The position numbers were made by a program, and so were the translations under genes. A stretch of 32,000 nt of DNA, taken from contig JBFPLN010000003.1 in assembly GCA_051971635.1 (NCBI GenBank), positions 245,210 to 277,209 of the forward strand, in the 5' to 3' direction. This document shows positions 1 to 7,867 of this stretch, piece by piece. The notes under the pieces are model-generated. The model did not search any database. It was given only the letters and a program-made list of their open reading frames with translations, and had not been told where the DNA came from. Position 1 is the first letter of the stretch; the number at the start of each line of letters is the position of its first letter. The DNA is from Candidatus Atelocyanobacterium thalassae (GTDB lineage Bacteria; Cyanobacteriota; Cyanobacteriia; Cyanobacteriales; Microcystaceae).

Positions 1-600
1 GCTATGAGTATCTTCTGCCTTATGAGCAATAATAACCTGTTTGAGTTCCACTTTTATACACTTAGTAATGACCTTACTTAAATAATCAAGTTTAACTTCA
101 ATATTAAAGTAGAATTGTAAAAAAAATCATAACAATTTACTTAAAACTAAAAAAAAGACTTTTCAAAATTTAATTAGAAAATTAAAAGTTCAAAATACTT
201 ATATATTTACATCTTAGTAAGTGTCTTACCTATAAGACACTTCTCCCATTATCTCTTATGGTAATTAGTTACTATAGATAATAATTATTATCCATAAGTG
301 GTTATACCTACATCTAGACATAATATATATTAGGAATGCATAACATTTAAATATATATTTCTATATGCCAATTTTTGTCATCAAGCAAGAATATTTTTTT
401 AATGATTTTTTTTATTTATATTGAAGTCTAAAATAGCTATATAGTTTTGCTGACATTTCTTAGGAATAAAGTAAATTCCTTTATGTAGTTTTGATATAGT
501 AGAAATATAGAAAATAAAATATTAATTTAAAATAAACATTTAATTAATAATAGTGTAATTGTAATACTGATAAGAAATTATTTGAATCAGTTTGAAGAAC

Positions 601-638
601 CGATAAGGTATTGATATTCAGCAATCAATACCTCATCG
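601..638 (-). terminator. putative psaD 3' hairpin
   Basis: Inverted repeat cgat-a-aggtattgat [attcagca] atcaatacct-c-atcg: a 10 bp perfect core plus a 4 bp extension. It ends about 10 nt downstream of the psaD stop on the minus strand. A moderately T-rich run (ttatcggttcttc) follows. Confidence 0.45.
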
Positions 639-647
639 CTAAATTAC

Positions 648-1076
648 TTAGACTTCATAAGAAGCTTTACCTGAAAACTTCAAAGTGACAGGTTCAGGAT
701 TAGTTCCAATTTTTCTATCTACTTTACCAGCGTAAGAACGTCCTTCTTTTGCTACTTCAGAAGCGACTCCGTCAATAGGATAAAGAAGCTGAGCATCACC
801 ATTAGGATAGACGCGATAAATTTTATAACTTTCAATAATAGGCTCAAATTTTGTCTGTAGCTGTTTTCCTAATGCTAAGCATTGTTCCTTAGTAGCAAGA
901 TGCAAAAGATTTGCTCCTACATTCATAATTGCTGCTCCACCAGTAGGCATTTCAAAAACTTGTTCTGTTCCACTACTCCAGGTAATAGCATATCTTTCTT
1001 CAAGGTAAGCACTAGAGAGTAAACCACCTGTACTGCCACCGAAGATAGGAAGTTTTCCTTTGAGCTTTTCTGCCAT
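648..1076 (-). CDS. psaD: photosystem I reaction centre subunit II (PsaD)
   Basis: 142-aa ORF with PsaD family signature stretches: [45 protein letters not shown]. An AAGAGGA Shine-Dalgarno lies 9 nt upstream of the ATG on the minus strand. Confidence 0.95.
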   Translation of the reverse strand: MAEKLKGKLPIFGGSTGGLLSSAYLEERYAITWSSGTEQVFEMPTGGAAIMNVGANLLHLATKEQCLALGKQLQTKFEPIIESYKIYRVYPNGDAQLLYPIDGVASEVAKEGRSYAGKVDRKIGTNPEPVTLKFSGKASYEV

Positions 1077-1441
1077 GGTACTTTATTCCTCTTAAAAAAG
1101 TGTTTTAGGGAATCCTATCATTGAGTTATCCCTTATTATTGAAATTAGTAAAAAACTGTAATAAATATTTGTTAATTTTTGTATAAAATGAATTTCTATA
1201 TTTTAGACTTGTGACAAAATTATTATATTTTCAACTAGATAATATATAGTTTTAGGATGTGAAGCATTAGATTATTCCTAGTACTATAAATAAATTATTT
1301 TAATAGAGTTTTTACTAAATAAACTGGCAGTAATACTAATTTCAGCAAATTTCAAAAAATTGAATGTTTTAGCTTGAAAGATAATTGAAAACATGAAACA
1401 GACAAAATGAACATCTTAGAGATTAATTTTGTAACTAATAA

Positions 1442-1477
1442 AGAATTAGAGTGCAAATTAAATCAAACTCTAATTCT
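1442..1477 (-). terminator. putative rplY terminator hairpin
   Basis: Perfect 11 bp stem agaattagagt / actctaattct with a 14 nt loop. It starts 12 nt after the rplY stop. On the minus strand it is followed by ttattagtt. Confidence 0.5.
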
Positions 1478-1489
1478 CTATTAAGATAA

Positions 1490-1792
1490 TTATCCATTTG
1501 GAAGAATATGACAGAAACTAAGATGCACAAGACTTCTTTTCCAGGGATGAGCTTGTATTTCTTTAATTACAGCTTTACCTTTCCAGGAAAGGTCAGGAAT
1601 ATCTACATCAATTATCGTTTCATTGATTTTTACATTTCTAAGCATTAATGCAGCTTCTTTCTTGTCAACAACTAATTGCATTGATTCAGTTCCATTATGT
1701 CCATATAAAGTTGTAGGAAGTAGTCCTTCGCGACGGAGAGCGTTAGGCTTAACACTTAGAGGTCTTTTTTGGCATTGAATTGATAGGGGCAT
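1490..1792 (-). CDS. rplY: 50S ribosomal protein L25 (short bL25 form)
   Basis: L25 hallmarks: ALRREGLLPTTLYG near the N-terminus and IKEIQAHPWKRSLVHLSF at the C-terminus. The longest ORF (to 1837) begins at GTG. The internal ATG at 1790-1792 (MPLSIQCQKRP...) gives the family-typical length of about 100 aa. Confidence 0.85.
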   Translation of the reverse strand: MPLSIQCQKRPLSVKPNALRREGLLPTTLYGHNGTESMQLVVDKKEAALMLRNVKINETIIDVDIPDLSWKGKAVIKEIQAHPWKRSLVHLSFCHILPNG

Positions 1793-2320
1793 AACATTTA
1801 ACTCACTAATATAGTTGACTTGATTTTTATAAACCACGATAAATTCTATCGTTAATAATAAGAATCTTAAAGTAAATCTTCTAAAATTCTTTAACCTTCT
1901 TTGCTTTTTACAATCTAAGCAAAATCATGTAGATAAAACTAGTACAATTTAGCTAGATACCATTAGTACGAATATAATGATACTTAACTTAATAATATCT
2001 AAACAGATTAGTTGGTCAATTTTAATTAATCAATAATTAGAATCTATCACAATATTTACAGTGATACTAATATTTATAGACATCTTATACTTTAGCTTTG
2101 TAATTTACCTAATAATTTTTCACTTTCTCTCATAAGTTGCTGAAAAAACAAGTCTTAGCATATATTTATAATGTTAAAGGAAATTTTTGAAATTAATATT
2201 CAGTTTCAACATGAGTAATATTAATTACAAATCAATATTACTCAGAATAGAACATATAGTTTGCAAAATTTATAATTAATACTATTTTGTTAGAACAATT
2301 TAGTTAAATAATTTCTTTTT

Positions 2321-3058
2321 TTATGAGATTTTATTCAAACACAAATCATAATGATACGGACACTTATCTTCACAGCTTTTATGATGAACAAAACTATCTT
2401 CATCTTGATTGATATCATATAAGTTGTAATTAAGATAACTTAACAATTTTTCCAAATCTAAATTGGTTTGGTTGTGCTGAATTTGATTATATTGAAAATT
2501 TAAATATTGAGGTTTATGTTTATCTTTTATAAACCAGTATGTCATTGATATATTTTCTGGTAAATAAGTAGATGTTTCTGCTAATAAATATAAATAGAGC
2601 CTAGTTTGCCAATCATTTTCTAATTGTTTTTTGTCTTTAGGTTTTAAATAAGTTTTCCAATCTAAGATTTGTACTTGATTATTCCTTACAATTAATAAAT
2701 CATATATAGCTGTCAATAAATAATTGTCCTTTTTGAAAGCTATATAATGTTCCGCTTCCGTCCAAAATTCAGAGCTTAGAGTGTGTTTATCAATAATAGA
2801 TCTGAATAAAATTTTTACCATTTCATTTAAATTTGAGTATTGAACTAATGCAGAATCAATTGACAATCCCAAAAAATGTTGCTGCATTAATTGATGAAAT
2901 TGATTTCCCCAATGTAAACTTTTTTGTGATTCTAAACTCATAGGAGAACTTAAATGATCTATATAAATTTTTTTGAACTGAGGAGGACAAGTTTCTAATA
3001 AATTTAATTGAGATTGGGATAAACGTATTAGTGAGTTATCGCATTTAGGATAGTGCAT
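2321..3058 (-). CDS. PD-(D/E)XK nuclease family protein, Cas4/RecB-like with four-Cys cluster
   Basis: 245 aa. It has the RecB-type motifs IYDLL (D), ILDWK ((D/E)xK) and QTRLYLYLL (QxxxY). One Cys lies in the N-terminal LLETCPP and three in the C-terminal CEDKCPYHYDLC, the arrangement used for the Fe-S cluster in Cas4/AddB nuclease domains. Confidence 0.8.
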   Translation of the reverse strand: MHYPKCDNSLIRLSQSQLNLLETCPPQFKKIYIDHLSSPMSLESQKSLHWGNQFHQLMQQHFLGLSIDSALVQYSNLNEMVKILFRSIIDKHTLSSEFWTEAEHYIAFKKDNYLLTAIYDLLIVRNNQVQILDWKTYLKPKDKKQLENDWQTRLYLYLLAETSTYLPENISMTYWFIKDKHKPQYLNFQYNQIQHNQTNLDLEKLLSYLNYNLYDINQDEDSFVHHKSCEDKCPYHYDLCLNKIS

Positions 3059-3191
3059 TGTCTAAATTACGGACTTTATGTGTGAAATTTAAAAATTAAT
3101 GACTAAAACATTAATTTCTATGATATTTCTATAAAATGCTAACAAGAAATAAGGAACTACATCTTAATATAATATGTCTCTTTCTAAGATT

Positions 3192-3230
3192 AGAGGACTT
3201 AATAGTGCAATATAAAGTCCTCTATATTGC
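3192..3230 (+). promoter_or_regulatory. two mutually exclusive hairpins in the leader of the DUF3747/SLH gene
   Basis: Hairpin A is agaggactt (3192-3200) / aagtcctct (3215-3223), 9 bp perfect. Hairpin B is gcaatata (3207-3214) / tatattgc (3223-3230), 8 bp perfect. B's left arm lies in A's loop and A's right arm forms B's loop. The element ends 32 nt before the ATG at 3263. Confidence 0.35.
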
Positions 3231-3262
3231 TAGTCTTTAGACATAAATTTATAGCTTAGATC

Positions 3263-4477
3263 ATGAAAATATCTACCTTACCATTACGATTAGCTACTAT
3301 CGTAACTATTGCTCTTAGTAACTGTATTTTTTCAACTTTTCTCGCTAGAGCCTATACTTTTAGTGAGACTCCTCTTGACCAAGACAAGATTATTGCCGTT
3401 GCTAGACCTTATGGCGAAGGAAAGTATGACTTATTAGTAATTGAACAAGTACCAGGGAAAAGGAGTTGCTGGACAGAGAAAGGACAAAATCCAGTTTTGA
3501 TTGACCCTTTATTAATTAATTTTGATTTTACTGGTATTTGTCGCCGTTCTACGGATAGTAATGGTTATTCAATACGTCTTGATGGTAACGATTTAGGATT
3601 AGACTATTTATTACGTATTGTTAATAGTGGTGGAGAACTGCATTTAGTAGGAACGCCTAGAAGCAATAAGCATAGTGAGATAATTTTAGGTAGTACTCAA
3701 GGATTCAGCTCTGGATTTATGAAAATTAATTTATATTCAGGTTGGCAATTTACCAAACGAACTTATCAAAATAAGATCCTAGGCCATTTTTATCTTAGTG
3801 GTTCTCAAATGGCTATTGCACAAGGACAAAATACTACTACATTCTCTAGCGCCTCGACTTCACCTGCTGTTAACATTGATCCTCAACATAATTTAATAGA
3901 TATTAAAGGTAATAAGTATGAAGAATCAATTTCTAAGGCAGTTAATATAGGTTTAATGTCGGGTTTCAAAGATCATACTTTTCGGCCAGATCAACCTATT
4001 AGCCAAGAGCAGTTGGTTTCTATGGCAATTAATATTGTAAATACCATTAAACGAACAGATTTAGAGACAATTTCGAGTAACAATATTACATCCTTTGAGA
4101 ATCCTCATCAAGATATTAATAAGATGAAACAGGCATATTCAAATTTTCTTGGGAATAGTAATAATTCGGTGCAAACCAGTAAATCTGTTAATCGCATGGA
4201 ATTAATTAATTCTATGCAACGTGTAGTTGTGTACCTAAGAAAAGAATTAAATATTTCGGAAGATGCTCAAAACATCAATGGATCTACTTCTTTCCCTGGT
4301 ATTTCCCATGAATCTTCCATGAAACAAATATCAGGATATTGCAACATAGCTGATCTTTCAAGTGAGAAAGAATTCACTTCTAGTCTAGAAGGTAAAGCAA
4401 CCCGCGACTATACAGCATCTATCTTAGTTAAAGTTTTAAATTGCTTAAAATCTGAAATAGAAGAAACTAAAAAATAA
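3263..4477 (+). CDS. secreted DUF3747-domain protein with an SLH (S-layer homology) module
   Basis: 404 aa. The N-terminus is a hydrophobic signal-like segment (LATIVTIALSNCIFSTFLARA). The conserved cyanobacterial DUF3747-type block follows (IIAVARPYGEGKYDLLVIEQ...CW...FDFTGICRRSTDSNGYSIRL). An SLH-like motif then appears (NIGLMSGFKDHTFRPDQPISQEQLVSM). Confidence 0.8.
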   Translation: MKISTLPLRLATIVTIALSNCIFSTFLARAYTFSETPLDQDKIIAVARPYGEGKYDLLVIEQVPGKRSCWTEKGQNPVLIDPLLINFDFTGICRRSTDSNGYSIRLDGNDLGLDYLLRIVNSGGELHLVGTPRSNKHSEIILGSTQGFSSGFMKINLYSGWQFTKRTYQNKILGHFYLSGSQMAIAQGQNTTTFSSASTSPAVNIDPQHNLIDIKGNKYEESISKAVNIGLMSGFKDHTFRPDQPISQEQLVSMAINIVNTIKRTDLETISSNNITSFENPHQDINKMKQAYSNFLGNSNNSVQTSKSVNRMELINSMQRVVVYLRKELNISEDAQNINGSTSFPGISHESSMKQISGYCNIADLSSEKEFTSSLEGKATRDYTASILVKVLNCLKSEIEETKK

Positions 4478-4579
4478 TATGATTGGACCCTTGATTATTA
4501 GAATAATTATAAGAATATTATAATTTTTCTAGCTTGTAATCATAGTTCGCTATTTTTTTGAGAAATATAATTAACTTTG

Positions 4580-4632
4580 ATAAGTCTTCAGAACCCTAAT
4601 ACAATGAGGTTTTTGAGACTTATTTATTTTTC
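4580..4632 (+). terminator. putative intrinsic terminator of the DUF3747/SLH gene
   Basis: Stem ataagtct / agacttat extends inward through U-G and G-U pairs that are valid only in plus-strand RNA. It is followed by ttatttttc and lies about 100 nt after the stop codon. Confidence 0.5.
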
Positions 4633-4715
4633 TAGTCAATTTTTACAATATGATAGTTTTGAAAATGTCATATTATATGTCACTTTTGTTTACTAAGATG
4701 ATATAGTATCAAGGT

Positions 4716-4796
4716 GTGTAAGGAGTAAGAGTGACTTGAAAAGGTCCTTGAAGTCGAAACATGGCAAGACGTTCTGGACCTTTTCTTTTCTTATAT
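4716..4796. ncRNA. candidate small RNA / structured intergenic element, orientation unresolved
   Basis: A 10 bp stem gaaaaggtcc (4738-4747) / ggaccttttc (4776-4785) has an inner 6 bp sub-stem. On the plus strand it is followed by ttttcttttctt, which is terminator-like. Immediately beside it, the minus strand reads ACTCCTTACAC (4716-4726), a 10/11 match to the Yfr1 core ACUCCUCACAC. Confidence 0.3.
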
Positions 4797-4838
4797 CTTT
4801 AACAAAAGCATTTTACCGTAAAATTTCTTGTGTCTGTT

Positions 4839-4902
4839 TATATATACGTGTGTGACCCCTTAAGAAGAAAAACATTCTTAAGGGGTCACATACGTATATA
4901 TA
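4839..4902. terminator. 28 bp near-perfect hairpin at the DUF3747 / atpC convergent junction
   Basis: The arms are tatatatacgtgtgtgaccccttaagaa [gaaaaaca] ttcttaaggggtcacatacgtatatata. The only non-Watson-Crick position is g4850:t4891. That pair is G-U in plus-strand RNA and C-A in minus-strand RNA. The hairpin starts 18 nt downstream of the atpC stop, and no U-tract follows on either strand. Confidence 0.6.
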
Positions 4903-4920
4903 TGATGTAAGAAACCTTGG

Positions 4921-5331
4921 TTAGGATATCCCTCCAGAAGCATTAAAACGTGCTTTTGCACGCTTTAATGCATTAGAAGCTTTAATCTTTTCTAACTGTT
5001 CGCTTCCTTTGTTTACTTCTTCTAATTTAGCTTGAGCAACATTATACTCTTGCTTCGCTTCTTCTCTATCAATGGTCTCTCCTATTTCGGCAAAGTTTAC
5101 TAAGACTTTTACTTCATCTTGATCAACTTCTGCAAAGCCTCCCATTATTGCTACATTTTGCCACTCTTTGTCAGTCCTAATACGCATTACTCCAGTATCA
5201 AGAGCAGTTAGAAGAGGCGCATGCCCACTTAAGATACCTAACTGTCCTGAAGTACTTGGTAGAACGACTTCTTGAACAGTATTGTCCCAAACGGTTTTAT
5301 CTGGGGTGATTACACGAACTGTTAGTACCAT
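4921..5331 (-). CDS. atpC: F0F1 ATP synthase subunit epsilon
   Basis: 136 aa. Typical epsilon N-terminus ([12 protein letters not shown]...[23 protein letters not shown]) with a helical C-terminal hairpin. It sits directly downstream of the beta subunit gene. Confidence 0.95.
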   Translation of the reverse strand: MVLTVRVITPDKTVWDNTVQEVVLPSTSGQLGILSGHAPLLTALDTGVMRIRTDKEWQNVAIMGGFAEVDQDEVKVLVNFAEIGETIDREEAKQEYNVAQAKLEEVNKGSEQLEKIKASNALKRAKARFNASGGIS

Positions 5332-5358
5332 GTTAATTATTAATTATCAGTTATTAGA

Positions 5359-5380
5359 AGGGCGAATAGTTATTCACCCT
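5359..5380 (-). promoter_or_regulatory. atpD-atpC intercistronic hairpin
   Basis: In the mRNA (minus) sense the arms are agggtgaata / tattcgccct, 10 pairs including one U-G. In the plus sense the same position is a C-A mismatch, so the structure is better on the transcribed strand. It lies within the 92 nt spacer between atpD and atpC. Confidence 0.35.
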
Positions 5381-5423
5381 GATATAAATTTAGAAAACGG
5401 AAGATTAGGAAATGCTTAAACGA

Positions 5424-6878
<1,455 letters not shown>

Positions 6879-7255
6879 TTATCCTCTCTTTGGAATTAGC
6901 TTACAAATGACTAAATGAAAATATTTAATGTTATTTTCGTCACTCTTATAGGCTACCATCTATAGAGTACTCAAGGAAATGGCTTAATTCTTGTTTAATA
7001 ACTATCTTTGTACAAAAGATTAATCACACTGCTAGTGTCGTGTGGTTAAGAGTTATGTTTTTATGGATGAAATATAAATTTAATCTTATTTATCAAAAGA
7101 AAGTAGTCATTTAATGTTTTATATACTCAAAAGTAAGGCAATATTAATAATTTAAAGTTAAACAAATTAAATGAATGATAAATCTAAAAAATATTGGGTA
7201 TAAGTTATTTGTTTCATAAAAGTTCTTCATAATCAAAGTATAAATTCTACTTAAA

Positions 7256-7732
7256 ATGGAAAGTAATTTTAAAAATAGCCACGAAATTCATCGTCAATGG
7301 ATGAGAAAAGCATTAAATTTAGCTAAAAAAGCAGGAAATATAGAAGACGTTCCTGTAGGAGCTATAGTTGTTGATAATTACGGAAAATTAATTGCTCAAG
7401 GATATAACTGTAAACAACAGAAAAATGATCCTACAGGGCATGCAGAAATTATTGCTATTCGTCAGGCTAGTCAAAAATTACACTCTTGCTACTTAGATAA
7501 CTGTATACTTTATGTTACTTTAGAACCCTGTATTATGTGTACTGGAGCTATTCTACATTCTCGAATAGGATTACTGGTTTATGGGGTAGATGATCCTAAA
7601 ACAGGAGCTATCCGTACCGTTGTTAATTTACCTGATAGTGATGCTTCCAATCATCGTTTACCTGTGCTTTCTGGTATCCTAAAACAAGAATGTAAAAAGC
7701 ATTTACAAGATTGGTTTAAACTAAAAAGATAA
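7256..7732 (+). CDS. tadA: tRNA adenosine(34) deaminase
   Basis: 158 aa. It has the CDA-fold zinc motifs HAE (GHAEIIAIR) and PCxxC (EPCIMCTGA). Confidence 0.9.
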   Translation: MESNFKNSHEIHRQWMRKALNLAKKAGNIEDVPVGAIVVDNYGKLIAQGYNCKQQKNDPTGHAEIIAIRQASQKLHSCYLDNCILYVTLEPCIMCTGAILHSRIGLLVYGVDDPKTGAIRTVVNLPDSDASNHRLPVLSGILKQECKKHLQDWFKLKR

Positions 7733-7867
7733 AAAATAACTAATAAAAATAATTCTAAATTGTTATAGTTTCATATGATCTTGAACACCATAAGGAGCTA
7801 CAGACAAGTTGTGTGAAAAAACTATGCTTATAATAATAACCTATACACAGATATCAACAGTCTTACT

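Noticed and set aside
1-51. Possible 5' end of a minus-strand gene. GTG at 49-51 would read VELKQVIIAHKAEDTHS... and run off the left edge.
   Set aside because: Only 17 codons are visible. There is no recognisable family, no Shine-Dalgarno and a non-ATG start. This is insufficient evidence to call a CDS.
1793-1837. N-terminal extensions produced by the longest-ORF rule at non-ATG starts: rplY GTG 1837, GIY-YIG TTG 18444, GT2-TPR TTG 23384, tldD GTG 23716, yidD TTG 20964.
   Set aside because: In each case an internal ATG sits where the family-typical N-terminus begins, and the extension has no conserved character. I trimmed the calls accordingly. Only proteomics or ribosome profiling could settle the starts.
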